Shown here: piece by piece, positions 19,729 to 29,361 of the stretch | Layout: the number at the start of each line of letters is the position of its first letter | Position numbering within the stretch: the stretch's first letter is position 1 | Source: an uncultured Candidatus Rokubacteria bacterium | GTDB taxonomy: Bacteria; Methylomirabilota; Methylomirabilia; Rokubacteriales; DASRDR01 | Assembly (NCBI GenBank): GCA_963826115.1 | Contig: CAWGVS010000006.1 | Location: 576,001-640,000 of the forward strand | Reading direction: 5' to 3' | DNA length: 64,000 bases | Translations under genes and position numbers: made by a program | The notes under the pieces: generated by a model | Seen by the model: the letters and a program-made list of their open reading frames with translations, nothing else | Told to the model about the DNA's origin: nothing | The model's database searches: none

Positions 19729-20946
19729 TTAGCGCCGGGGCTCGATCGCCTGGAGGGCCTCGGCGGCGGCCTCCCGGACGCGCTCGTCAGGGTCGCGGAG
19801 GCCGGGCCGGAGCGCCGGCACGGCGTCGCGCGCCACCGGGCCCATCAGGCCGAGCGCGCGCGCGGCATTGATGCGGACCTGGCGGTCCGGATCCTGGCCG
19901 AAGGCCGCCGAGAGCGCCGGTACCGCCTCGCGCGCGGGCGGCGAGTGGAACCCCATCAGTCCGAACGCGGCCTCGGCCCGGACCTCGGCGTTGGGGTCGC
20001 GGAGCGTCTCCACCAGCGCGGCGATGGCCCCGCGCGGCGGCGCCTCCATGGACCGGAACGACGAGGCGGCCACCTTGCGCACGCCGGGCTCCGGGTCCTT
20101 GAGCGCGACCAGGAGGGCGGGCGTGACGCCCGGCCCGCCGTTCGGCTGCTGCCCGAGCCGCGTGAGCGTGTAGACGGCGTTCGTTCGCACGTCCGGCTCG
20201 GGGTCCCGGAGCATGGCGGCGAGCGGAGCGATCGCCTCGCGCGGCGGGGGCGCGAGAAAGCCGAGCGCCTGCGCCGCGAACGCTCGCTGCGCCGGATTGT
20301 TCGCGGGCTTGAGACCGTCCACCAGCAGGGGCATGAGGCGGCGGTCGTTGCTCTGCTGCTCGATGACCTTCCGCAGGGTCGATTGCGGGCGGTCGGAGAG
20401 CGAGTTCCCGAACGGCGTCCCGACCTCGGCGAAGAGCGTCGGGAAGATCTCGACGGCCGGCGCGGTGCCCGCGAGCCCCACCGCCGCGTTGTGGCGCGTC
20501 AGGGGATCGGGATCGCCGAGACTCGCGCGGAACGCCGGCGTCCACGCCCGCGGGTCCGCCTTGAGCTTCTTGAGGGTCCAGCCCATGTCCACGCGCGCCG
20601 GGCCGTCCGGCTCGGCGGCGACGGCCGTGGTCAGGACGGGCACGATCTGCGCCGCGGCGCCGTCGTAGCGCATGAGCGCGTCCGCCGCCCGGCGCCGCAC
20701 CCGCGGGTCGGGGTCCCGGACCGCGCGGAGCAGCGGGTCCACGGCCTCGGGCAAGGGCGCGAGGTCGCCGAGGGTCTTCGCGGCCTGCGCGCGGACCTGG
20801 GGGTCCTTGCTCTCGCGGATGTCGGTGAGCGCGCGGTCGGCCCGCTCCCGAGGCGTCTCTGGCTGGCCCCCGTCGAGGGCCGCGCAGCCCGCCGCCAGGA
20901 CGGCGCCGAGCAGGGCGAGGACGGCGAGCGTCGCGCGCATCCTCAT
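19729..20946 (-). CDS. HEAT-repeat lipoprotein
   Basis: Lipobox LAAGC; repeated L.DPDP.VR..AA.AL units. Confidence 0.88.
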   Translation of the reverse strand: MRMRATLAVLALLGAVLAAGCAALDGGQPETPRERADRALTDIRESKDPQVRAQAAKTLGDLAPLPEAVDPLLRAVRDPDPRVRRRAADALMRYDGAAAQIVPVLTTAVAAEPDGPARVDMGWTLKKLKADPRAWTPAFRASLGDPDPLTRHNAAVGLAGTAPAVEIFPTLFAEVGTPFGNSLSDRPQSTLRKVIEQQSNDRRLMPLLVDGLKPANNPAQRAFAAQALGFLAPPPREAIAPLAAMLRDPEPDVRTNAVYTLTRLGQQPNGGPGVTPALLVALKDPEPGVRKVAASSFRSMEAPPRGAIAALVETLRDPNAEVRAEAAFGLMGFHSPPAREAVPALSAAFGQDPDRQVRINAARALGLMGPVARDAVPALRPGLRDPDERVREAAAEALQAIEPRR

Positions 20947-21866
20947 GGCTTCGGCGCCGGCGCGCCGCCCCGGGCCGGCGCCGCGCGCAGGATGTCCTCC
21001 GCCCGGGCGCGGTAGCTCTTGTGCGCGGTGTCGACCGGCGTGTCGCCGAGCCGGTTCCGCGCCTTCGTGTCGGCGCCGTACTTGAGGAGCACCTCCAGCA
21101 TCTCCACCGCGTCCTGGCGGGCCGCGACGTGGAGGGGCGTGTCGCCGTCCGAGTCCTTCGGGCTGGCCGACGCGCCCCCGCGCAGGAGGGCCTCCACGAT
21201 CGGCCGGTTGTTGGCCGCCACCGCCTCGTGGAGGGGCGTCCGCCCGTTCTTGGCGGCGACGTCGGGCTTCGCGCCGGCCGAGAGGAGCACCTCGACGTTC
21301 GCGAGACCCTGGGCGCGGCCGGCCGCGAGGAAGAGCGCGGTCTCGCCCGCGGCGTCCACGGCGTCGGGGCGCGCGCCCGCCTTGAGGAGCACCGTCGCGA
21401 TGGAAGGCCGCGGCTCGCCGGCGCGCCCGGTCGTCTCGTGGAGGGCGGTCCGCCCGTCGCGACAGACGAGCGTCGCGTCCGCGCGCGCCCCGAGGATGTC
21501 GGCGACGTTCGAGGGATAGCCCTCGTTGGCGGCCACGCAGAGCGCGGTGTCGCCGTTCTTCGCCTGGGCGTTCACGGGCGCGCCGGCCTTGAGCAGGAGG
21601 CCGAGGGTCTTCCCGTCGCGCTGGCGCGCGGCGTGGTGGAGCGCCGTCCAGCCCGCGCGCCAGCCGCTCGGCTCGGCCGCGTCGGGGCGGACGCCCGCCT
21701 CGAGCAGGAGCCCCACGATCTCCACGTCGTCGCGGGAGGCCCGCAGGAGGAGCTCCTGCGGGGTGAGCGCGATCAGGCGGGACTCGAGCGTCTTGCGGGC
21801 GCGCGCGGCGTCCGCCGCCGCCGTGACGGCCACCAGCGCCGTCAGGGCGACGAGCGCCGCCCGCAT
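20943..21866 (-). CDS. Exported ankyrin-repeat protein
   Basis: Signal peptide from ATG 21866; repeats G.TALH.AA...LL..GA; ATGA overlap with the HEAT gene. Confidence 0.9.
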   Translation of the reverse strand: MRAALVALTALVAVTAAADAARARKTLESRLIALTPQELLLRASRDDVEIVGLLLEAGVRPDAAEPSGWRAGWTALHHAARQRDGKTLGLLLKAGAPVNAQAKNGDTALCVAANEGYPSNVADILGARADATLVCRDGRTALHETTGRAGEPRPSIATVLLKAGARPDAVDAAGETALFLAAGRAQGLANVEVLLSAGAKPDVAAKNGRTPLHEAVAANNRPIVEALLRGGASASPKDSDGDTPLHVAARQDAVEMLEVLLKYGADTKARNRLGDTPVDTAHKSYRARAEDILRAAPARGGAPAPKP

Positions 21867-21927
21867 CGCGCGGGCCGAGCGGAACCCCGGGCCGGATTCC
21901 ACGATTCGCCGGGCGGGACGGACCGCG

Positions 21928-22389
21928 CTAGAGGCCCGCGCGCTGGCGCCAGGCGAGGATCTGGCCGGCGTGCTCGCGGTAGTGGTGGGGGCCGTTCAGG
22001 TCCACCACGCGCGTTGCGGTCTTGTCGGGCCCGAAGCGCGACTCGGGGACCGCGGCGGCCGCGGCGAGGAAGTCACGGTGGGACGCGTCGAGCGCCGCGC
22101 GGAGGCCCGCGACGGTCAGGCCGCGCCGCGCGCCGACCAGACGCGCGTTCCAGCCGTCGAGATCCGCGTAGCTCACGCCGTCGGCGAGCGGCTTCTCCCC
22201 GCGCGCGATGCGCTCGAGCACCGGGATCATCTCGCGATGCCAGCCGGTGATGTGCGCGAGGATCTCGCGGATGCCCCAGGTCCCGAACCAGGGCCGTCGC
22301 ATGGCCTCGTCGTCGAGCCCCACCAGGGCGCGCTTCAAGGCCCCGAGATCGTCGTCGGCCCGTCGGAGGAGGTCGGCCTTCAGGCTCAT
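21928..22389 (-). CDS. DinB-like four-helix-bundle protein (ClbS/DfsB-like)
   Basis: WGIREILAHITGW, DGWNA, HHYREH. Confidence 0.8.
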   Translation of the reverse strand: MSLKADLLRRADDDLGALKRALVGLDDEAMRRPWFGTWGIREILAHITGWHREMIPVLERIARGEKPLADGVSYADLDGWNARLVGARRGLTVAGLRAALDASHRDFLAAAAAVPESRFGPDKTATRVVDLNGPHHYREHAGQILAWRQRAGL

Positions 22390-22462
22390 CGCGCCCGAGG
22401 GTAGCACGATCCGGACGGCCGGCGCGGCGATGCTGGGTGGCGCGCGTGGTAGGCTCGGGGAC

Positions 22463-22885
22463 GTGGTCGAGCACACCACGACCGTCCAGGTGCGCTGGGG
22501 CGACGCGGATCCCGCGGGGATCGCGTTCTACCCGCGCTTCTTCGAGTGGTACGACATCGGCACCGAGGCCCTCTTCGCCTCGCTGGGCCTCGCGTGGCCC
22601 GAGGCGTTCCCGCGCTACGGGATCGTCGGCGTGCCCATCCTGGAGGCGGGGTCGCGCTTCGTCTCGCCGGTCCGCTACGGCGACGCCGTCGCGGTCCGGA
22701 CGCGCGTCGCGTGGGTGCGCGGGAAGACGTTCCGCGTCGAGCACGAGCTCTCCGTCGGCGCCCGCCGCTGCGCCGAGGGCTTCGAGGTCCGGGCCTGGGT
22801 GGCGCGCCCGGAGTCGCCGGACGCGTCTCTCCGCGCCCTCCCCATCCCGCCCGACGTCGTCGCGAAGCTCACCGGCGGCGACTGA
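22463..22885 (+). CDS. Acyl-CoA thioesterase (4-HBT/YbgC family)
   Basis: VRWGDADPAGIAFYPRFFEW, F.SP.RYGD. Confidence 0.9.
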   Translation: MVEHTTTVQVRWGDADPAGIAFYPRFFEWYDIGTEALFASLGLAWPEAFPRYGIVGVPILEAGSRFVSPVRYGDAVAVRTRVAWVRGKTFRVEHELSVGARRCAEGFEVRAWVARPESPDASLRALPIPPDVVAKLTGGD

Positions 22886-22914
22886 GCCGCCGGCCCGCGG
22901 CGCGGCCGCGGCGA

Positions 22915-23040
22915 TCAGACCCGGGGGCGTCGCGCGGTGAAGACGTGCGCGCGGCGGCGGCAGCGCACGGGGTGGTCGCCGAGCTCGGCGGCGACGTTGC
23001 GGGCGATGGTTCCGACGAACGCCGCGTGCTGCTCCGCCGT
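22915..23040 (-). pseudogene. 3' remnant resembling a class I SAM methyltransferase C-terminus
   Basis: TAEQHAAFVGTIARNVAAELGDHPVRCRRRAHVFTARRPRV*; no ATG, but ACG preceded by GGGAGG. Confidence 0.4.
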
Positions 23041-23051
23041 GGCGCCTCCCG

Positions 23052-23882
23052 CTACTGCTTCACCGCGCCGAAGGTGAGCCCGGTGACGATGTGGCGCTGG
23101 ACGATCAGCGCCAGCACGAGGACCGGGAGCGTGATCATCGTCGCCGCGGCGGCCAGCGTGCCCCAGTTGATCTCCTCGTAGGAGATCATGTTGAAGACGG
23201 CGATCGGAAGGGTGCGGGTCTCACGGCCGGCCAGGATCACCGAGAAGAGGAAGTTGTTCCACGAGAACACGAACGACAGGATCGCCGTCGCCATCACCCC
23301 CGGCCGCACCAGCGGCAGGGCCACGCGCCAGAACACGCCGAAGTAGGAGCAGCCGTCGATCAGCGCGGCGTCCTCCAGGTCGGGCGGCACGTCCTCGAAG
23401 AAGCCGATCATGACCCAGATGATGATCGGGAGGCCCACGATCAGGTGCGTCAGGATGAGCGCCGCGTGCGTGTCCACCAGCCTGAGCTGCCGGAAGAAGA
23501 TGTACCAGGGGATGAGATACGAGATGCCGGGGATGATCCGGGCCACCAGCACGGTAAGCGCGAGGCGCTGCTGCCGCCAGCGCGCGATGGAGTAGGCGGC
23601 GGGGAGCCCGACGGCCAGGCCGAGCGCCGTGCAGCCGGCGGCCACCACGAGGCTGTTCCAGGTGTAGAGGAGGAACGGATACTTCGTGAAGACCTCCCGG
23701 TAGCCCTTCAGGGTCAGGCTGAACCAGAAGAAGGACGGCGGATAGGCCGTCGCCTCCACCTGGGGCTTCAGCGACAGCGTGAACATCCAGTAAAAGACGA
23801 ACACCGTCGGGAACATGAAGAGCGCGGCCAGCGCGTAGAACCCGGCCGTGCGGAGCGCGCTGCGCCGGCCCCGGCTCACCAT
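23052..23882 (-). CDS. Carbohydrate ABC transporter permease (MalG-like)
   Basis: LEDAALIDGC EAA loop, FSWNNF, GLTFGAVK. Confidence 0.95.
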   Translation of the reverse strand: MVSRGRRSALRTAGFYALAALFMFPTVFVFYWMFTLSLKPQVEATAYPPSFFWFSLTLKGYREVFTKYPFLLYTWNSLVVAAGCTALGLAVGLPAAYSIARWRQQRLALTVLVARIIPGISYLIPWYIFFRQLRLVDTHAALILTHLIVGLPIIIWVMIGFFEDVPPDLEDAALIDGCSYFGVFWRVALPLVRPGVMATAILSFVFSWNNFLFSVILAGRETRTLPIAVFNMISYEEINWGTLAAAATMITLPVLVLALIVQRHIVTGLTFGAVKQ

Positions 23883-24817
23883 GCGGCGGTCCGCCGGAGC
23901 TTGATCAGGATCAGCGAGGTGCCCATCACGATGGCGAACAGGGCCACCGCCATGGACGACGCGTAGCCCATGTTGAAGTACGAGAAGGCCTGGTTGAAGA
24001 GCAGGATGTTGATCGTCTCCGTCGAGTTCGCGGGCCCGCCCTGCGTCATGATGAAGATGATGTCGAACGTCTTGATGGCGTCGATGGCGCGGAACAGGAT
24101 CGCGACCACCAGGGCCGGCCGGAGGAGGGGCAGCGTGATGTGCCAGAACGACTGGAGCGCGGAGGCCCCGTCGATCCGCGCGGCCTCGTAGGGTTCCTGG
24201 GGCAGGCTCGCCAGCCCGGCGAGGGCGATCAGCATGATGAGCGGCGTCCACTGCCAGATGTCCACCACGGCCAGCGCGTAGAGCGCCGTCCCGCTGGAGT
24301 AGGTCCACTTGAACGGCGCCAGGTGGAGCACCGACAGGAGGTAGTTCGCCACTCCCAGCGTCGGGTGGTACATCATCACGAACACGAGCCCGATGGCGAC
24401 CGGCGTCGCCACCATCGGCAGGATCGCGAGCGTCCGCAGGAGGCCGCGCCCCCAGAATTCACGGTTGAAGAGGAGCGCCATCGCGACGCCGAGCACCGCC
24501 TCGCCGGCGACCACCAGGGCGGTGAAGTAGAGCGTGCGGACCACCGCCATCTGGAACCGGGGATCGCCGAAGAGGATCTTCCGATAGTTCGCGAGGCCGA
24601 CGAGCTTCGGCGGCGTCAGGCTGGAGGCGAACCAGTCCTGCAGGCTCATCCACACCGTGTAGACCACGGGGTAGACGATGATCGCCGCGACCAGGAGGAC
24701 GGCCGGCGCCGGGAAGATCCAGCGGGCGTGCCGATGCAGCCAGCGCCCGAGGCGGCCCGACGCGGTCGGGGCCGGCCCGCGCGCGGCCAGATCCGTGGTC
24801 GCCGCCGGGATGCTCAC
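23876..24817 (-). CDS. Carbohydrate ABC transporter permease (MalF-like)
   Basis: VGLANY, DIWQWTP, YEAARIDGA, TQGGP. Confidence 0.95.
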   Translation of the reverse strand: MSIPAATTDLAARGPAPTASGRLGRWLHRHARWIFPAPAVLLVAAIIVYPVVYTVWMSLQDWFASSLTPPKLVGLANYRKILFGDPRFQMAVVRTLYFTALVVAGEAVLGVAMALLFNREFWGRGLLRTLAILPMVATPVAIGLVFVMMYHPTLGVANYLLSVLHLAPFKWTYSSGTALYALAVVDIWQWTPLIMLIALAGLASLPQEPYEAARIDGASALQSFWHITLPLLRPALVVAILFRAIDAIKTFDIIFIMTQGGPANSTETINILLFNQAFSYFNMGYASSMAVALFAIVMGTSLILIKLRRTAAW

Positions 24818-24888
24818 GGACGCCCGGACGAGCGTCCCCGGCCGACCTGGTCGAGGCGGCCGGGGACGCCGGATCGAGCGGCGCTCAT
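24814..24888 (-). other. Bridge mini-ORF MSAARSGVPGRLDQVGRGRSSGRP* linking the SBP stop to the permease start
   Basis: ATG overlaps the SBP TGA; its TGA overlaps GTG 24817. Confidence 0.45.
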
Positions 24889-26237
24889 CCTTCGGTTTTG
24901 TTCAGCATGTCCTGGAATTCCTTCTGCGCCTCGGCGAGCACCTGGGCGGAGGGGGCGCCTTCGATGGCCTTCTGGATCGCCACGCCGATGATGTCGCGGT
25001 ACTCGGTCACCCCCACGATCTCGGGGAGCCCGAGCCGGCCGATCTTGAGCGCATCCTGGTATGCCTGGTACCAGTCCGCCGGCATCTTGGGCTTCGCCTT
25101 GACCTCGGGATCCGTCCAGGGCGAGTTGCGTGCGACGCCGACGCCGGCCAGAAGCTCGCGCGCCGCGTTCGGCTTGTTGGTGGCCCACTGGGCGAACAGG
25201 AAGGCGGCCTCCTTGTTCCGGGACTGGGTCGAGACCGCCATGCCGGTCCCGTACAGGGACGAGAACGCCCCGGCCGGCCCCGGCGGCATCGCGACGTAGC
25301 CCACCTTCCCGACGATCTTCGACTTCGTCGCGTCCTCGAACTGGTTCGCGAAGTTGATGCCGTCGAAGTACGTGGCGACCTGGCCCTGCATGAACGACGC
25401 GGAGCACTCGTACCAGTTGAAGTTGATCACGCCGGGTGGGCCGTACTTCCGGAGCACACCCGCGTACCAGTCGAGCGCCGCGACGTTCTCCTTGCTGTCG
25501 AGCGCGGCCTTGCCGTCCTTCGTGAGGAAGTCCGCGCCGAACGAGAACTGCGTGTTGCTGAACATGGTGGCGTTCGCGTTCTTGAGCCCGCGGAAGACGG
25601 CGCCGTACATGCCGGGCGGGGTGTGGAACTGCTTGGCCTGCGCTTCCCACTCGGCATGGCTCTTCGGCGGCTTCAGGCCCTTCTGGGCGTACAGGTCCTT
25701 CCGGTAGAAGAGAATGACCGCGTCGACGAAGGCCGGGAGGGCGGAGATGCTGCCGTCCTTCTGCGTGATGATCGACTTGGCGCCGCCGGCGATGTCGTCG
25801 AAGTCCCAGTCGGCCGGCGTCAGCGTCCGGTCCTGGAGGAACCGGTTCAGGGGCTCGTACCAGCCGGCCTTCCAGAAGCGCTTCTTCTCCACGTGGAGCG
25901 AGGTGAAGAATCCGTCGACACCGCCGGAGGCCGAGGTCATCTCGACGACGAGCTTCTGGCGAGCCTGGATCTCGGGCAGGGTCTCCCACTTGATCTTCAT
26001 CCCCGAGAGCGACTCGAACTCCGGGATGTTCTTCTCCAGCACCTCGACCCAGGGGTGCTTGGAGAGGATGAGGAACAGCTCCTTGCCCTGGAAGCGTTTC
26101 CAGTTGAAGCCCTGGGCGCGGGCCGGCGTGAAGACGAACGGCCCGGCGGCGGCCGAGGCCAGCGCCGTCGCGCCGAGGCGGAGCGCCGTGCGTCGAGAGA
26201 GTGTCCCCGGGTTCGCTGTCGTCTCTTCGTGGGCCAT
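24885..26237 (-). CDS. Sugar ABC substrate-binding protein with Tat signal (paralog 1)
   Basis: SRRTALRLG Tat motif; LFYRKDL, SBP family 1 pattern; SD AAGGAGG. Confidence 0.92.
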   Translation of the reverse strand: MAHEETTANPGTLSRRTALRLGATALASAAAGPFVFTPARAQGFNWKRFQGKELFLILSKHPWVEVLEKNIPEFESLSGMKIKWETLPEIQARQKLVVEMTSASGGVDGFFTSLHVEKKRFWKAGWYEPLNRFLQDRTLTPADWDFDDIAGGAKSIITQKDGSISALPAFVDAVILFYRKDLYAQKGLKPPKSHAEWEAQAKQFHTPPGMYGAVFRGLKNANATMFSNTQFSFGADFLTKDGKAALDSKENVAALDWYAGVLRKYGPPGVINFNWYECSASFMQGQVATYFDGINFANQFEDATKSKIVGKVGYVAMPPGPAGAFSSLYGTGMAVSTQSRNKEAAFLFAQWATNKPNAARELLAGVGVARNSPWTDPEVKAKPKMPADWYQAYQDALKIGRLGLPEIVGVTEYRDIIGVAIQKAIEGAPSAQVLAEAQKEFQDMLNKTEG

Positions 26238-26289
26238 GGGGTCCTCCTTTGGCTCGAGGAGTCTGGGCGGTTGGGGGTGGACGGAGCCC

Positions 26290-27078
26290 TCAGCGGGCGG
26301 CCGCGGGCCCTCCGAGGTCGCGCGCCACCGCGAGGTCGGCGCTCACGTCGCGCTGGATCGTCGGGCTCAGCACGATCTCCTCCACCACCGTGCGCGGCGG
26401 GAGCGTGACGCAGAGCAGGATGGCGGCGGCCACGTCCTCGGGTTGCATCATCGAGGCGCGGGCGCGCGCGTCGGGAACGAGCGGCCGGTTCTCGAGGATC
26501 GGCGTGTCCACCTCGGCGGGCAGGATCGTGGTCGCCCGGATGCCCTTCTCGCGCAGCACCGTGTGGACGTGCCCCATCAGGTTCCTGACGGCGGCCTTCG
26601 CCGCCCCGTACGGCGCGCCGCCGAGGAGCCCGGGCCGGAACGCGGCGGCCGAGGAGACGGTCACGATTGTGCCGCCGCCCCGCGCGATCATGTCCGGCAA
26701 GACGGCCTGGGTGAGGGCGTAGACGCCGGTCATGTTGACCGCGAACACGCGCTCCCACTCCTCGAGGTCGACCCAGCGGACGTTCCGGACCCGGCTCGAC
26801 GAGCCCGCGTTGTTGACCAGCACGTCCACGCGCCCGTGATGCCCGACGGTCCAGCGGGCGAGGGCGACGGCCTGCTCCGGGCTGCCGACGTCGACCGTCC
26901 GGGCGTCGGCGCGGCCGCCGGCCCGGGTGATCTCGGCGACGAGCGCGTCCAGAGGGGCGCGCCGCCGCCCGGCGAGCACGACGGCGGCGCCCTCGGCCGC
27001 GAGCATGAGCGCGGTGGCGCGGCCGATGCCGCTGCCGGCGCCGGTCACGATGGCCACCTGCCCGTCGAGCTTGCCCAC
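26290..27078 (-). CDS. SDR family oxidoreductase
   Basis: TGAGSGIG, NNAG, YGAAK. Confidence 0.93.
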   Translation of the reverse strand: MGKLDGQVAIVTGAGSGIGRATALMLAAEGAAVVLAGRRRAPLDALVAEITRAGGRADARTVDVGSPEQAVALARWTVGHHGRVDVLVNNAGSSSRVRNVRWVDLEEWERVFAVNMTGVYALTQAVLPDMIARGGGTIVTVSSAAAFRPGLLGGAPYGAAKAAVRNLMGHVHTVLREKGIRATTILPAEVDTPILENRPLVPDARARASMMQPEDVAAAILLCVTLPPRTVVEEIVLSPTIQRDVSADLAVARDLGGPAAAR

Positions 27079-27086
27079 GCGAGCCT

Positions 27087-27788
27087 CTAGTGGGACGAGG
27101 CGCGCCCGAGGACGCGCTCGCGCAGGCCGTCGAGGCTGAAGTCCTTGCCGACCACGTACTCGCGCAGCGCGCGCTCGTGCTCGTGGACCTTCCGGCACTG
27201 CGCGTAGACGCGGTCGGCGATCTCGATCGGCACCGTGGTCACGCCGTTCGCGTCGGCGTGGATCAGGTCGCCCGGGGCGACGCGCACCCCGTCGACGGTC
27301 ACGGGCACGCCGACGTCGACCACGTTGAACGTGCCGTGGGACGGGGCCACGCCGAGCGCGAAGACGTGGAACCGGAGGGGGCGGATGCTCTCCAGGTCAC
27401 GCACGGCGCCGTCGGTGACGAGCCCGAGCGCGCCGAGGCGGGCGCCGATCGTCGCCATGACGTCGCCGAGGTGGACGGAGTGCGCGGCGGCCGGGCTCAC
27501 GTCCTGGAAGACCAGGACCGCCGGCTTCGGCGCGGCGGCGAGGGTCTCCCAGAGCGCCATGAACGGCTCGCGGCGGCGCGGCTGGCCGGGCGTCATGCTG
27601 TCGCAGGTCGCGGTCACCGCGTACCCGGCCATCACGCCGAGCTCCGGCGTGAGGCAGCGCACGCGCGCGCCCATGAAGCCCTCGCTGTCGTCGCGGGACT
27701 TGAACGCCTCGATGGCGTTGCAGATCGTGGGGGTGTCCACCGAGGCGAGCTCGGCGAGCAGGGCGGGATCGAGGATCCGTCGGGTCAC
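27087..27788 (-). CDS. RraA/HMG-aldolase family protein
   Basis: DTPTICNAIE, GDVM, TDGAVRD, GDLIHADANG. Confidence 0.9.
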   Translation of the reverse strand: MTRRILDPALLAELASVDTPTICNAIEAFKSRDDSEGFMGARVRCLTPELGVMAGYAVTATCDSMTPGQPRRREPFMALWETLAAAPKPAVLVFQDVSPAAAHSVHLGDVMATIGARLGALGLVTDGAVRDLESIRPLRFHVFALGVAPSHGTFNVVDVGVPVTVDGVRVAPGDLIHADANGVTTVPIEIADRVYAQCRKVHEHERALREYVVGKDFSLDGLRERVLGRASSH

Positions 27789-27879
27789 GTGTACTCCCTC
27801 ATGGCGAGCCCGGGCAGGGCGGCGGTGGCGCCGGGCCAGACGCCCGACGCCACGCGCCCCGACCGGTGCGGATGACGTT

Positions 27880-29232
27880 CTAGCTTTCGGTGCGGTTCAG
27901 GAGGTCCTGGAAGTCCTTGTGCGCCTCCGCCAGCACCTGCGCCGACGGCGCCCCCTCGATCGCCTTCTGGATGGCGACCCCGATGATGTCCCGGTACTCG
28001 GTGACGCTGTTGATCTCGGGGAGCCCGGGCTTCCCGATCTTCAACGACTCGAGATACGCGTCGTACCAGCTCTGGGGCATCTTCGGCTTGGCCTTGACCT
28101 CGGGGTTCGTCCAGGCCGACGCGCGGCCCACGCCGACGCCGGCGAGAAGCTCGCGGACCGCGTTCTGCTTGTTCGTGGACCAGCAGCAGAACAGGTACGC
28201 CGCTTCCTTGTTCTTGCTCTGCGTGGACACGGCCATCGCGTTCGTGAACGTGCAGGTGTAGTGGCCGGCCGGGCCCGCCGGCAAGACCGAGTATGCCACC
28301 TTGCCCGCGATCTTCGACTTGCTCGGGTCCTCGAACTGGTTGGCGAAGTTGACGCCGTCGAAGTAGATGCCGACCTGGCCCTGCATGAAGGCGGCCGAGG
28401 CCTCGTACCAGTTGAAGTTGACGACGCCCGGCGGGCCGTACTGCCGGAGCATGCCCGCGTAGAGGTCCATCGTCTTCGCCCACTCCGGCGTGTTGATGGC
28501 CGACTTCCCGTCCTTCGTGAGGTAGTCGCCGCCCATCGCGAAGAGCAGGTACGCCCAGGGCGTGGCGTTGGCGTTCTTGAGCCCGCGGTAGACGATGCCG
28601 TACATGCCGGGCGGGCCATGAAGGGCCTTGGCCTGGCTCTCCATCTCCGCCACCGTCTTGGGCGCCTTCCATCCCTTCTGGTCGTAGAGGTCCTTGCGGT
28701 AGAAGAGCACGAAGGGGTCGACGAAGGTCGGGATGCCGCTGATCGTCTTGTCGGGCTGCTGCACGGCCAGCTTGGCGCCGGGCAGGATGTCGTTCCAGTC
28801 GAAGTCGGGCGGCGTCAGCGTGGCGTCCTCGAGGAACTTGTTGATGGGCTGGTACCACCCGGACTTCCAGAAGCGGCGCTTCTCCACGTGCGTCGAGGAG
28901 TGGAAGCCGTCCACGCCGCCCGAGCCGCCGGTCATCTCGACGACCAGCTTCTGGCGCCCCTGGACCTCGGGCAGGATCTCGTACTTCACCTTCATCCCGG
29001 TCATCGACTCGAACTCCGGGATGTGCGTGACCATCTCGTCGACCCACGGGTGCTTGTAGAACAGGAAGAAGAGCTCCTTCCCCTGGAAGCGCTTCCAGTT
29101 GAAACCCTGGGCGCGCGCGGGCGTGAAGACGAACGGGCCGGTGGCCGCGCCGGCCGCGGCGGCGGCGCCCAGGCGGAGCACGGTGCGGCGGGAGACGGCG
29201 CCGGCGCGCGGCGCGGATCGAGTGTCGTCCAT
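27880..29232 (-). CDS. Sugar ABC substrate-binding protein with Tat signal (paralog 2)
   Basis: SRRTVLRLG; close paralog of 24885-26237; SD AAGGAG. Confidence 0.92.
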   Translation of the reverse strand: MDDTRSAPRAGAVSRRTVLRLGAAAAAGAATGPFVFTPARAQGFNWKRFQGKELFFLFYKHPWVDEMVTHIPEFESMTGMKVKYEILPEVQGRQKLVVEMTGGSGGVDGFHSSTHVEKRRFWKSGWYQPINKFLEDATLTPPDFDWNDILPGAKLAVQQPDKTISGIPTFVDPFVLFYRKDLYDQKGWKAPKTVAEMESQAKALHGPPGMYGIVYRGLKNANATPWAYLLFAMGGDYLTKDGKSAINTPEWAKTMDLYAGMLRQYGPPGVVNFNWYEASAAFMQGQVGIYFDGVNFANQFEDPSKSKIAGKVAYSVLPAGPAGHYTCTFTNAMAVSTQSKNKEAAYLFCCWSTNKQNAVRELLAGVGVGRASAWTNPEVKAKPKMPQSWYDAYLESLKIGKPGLPEINSVTEYRDIIGVAIQKAIEGAPSAQVLAEAHKDFQDLLNRTES

Positions 29233-29361
29233 GACACACTCCTTTGGCGTGCTAGGATCCAGATTGTCGCTCGGGGGTGCCGAGTAGTCTGTGACACCGG
29301 TCCCGATCCTGTCAAGGCGAGACCCGTCACGCGCCACGAGCCACGAGCAAGGAGGCCTCCG

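Noticed and set aside
27785-27802. Mini ORF MREYT* ending on the RraA start
   Set aside because: Does not begin on the upstream stop and is explained by the AGGGAG SD sequence, so not counted as a bridge
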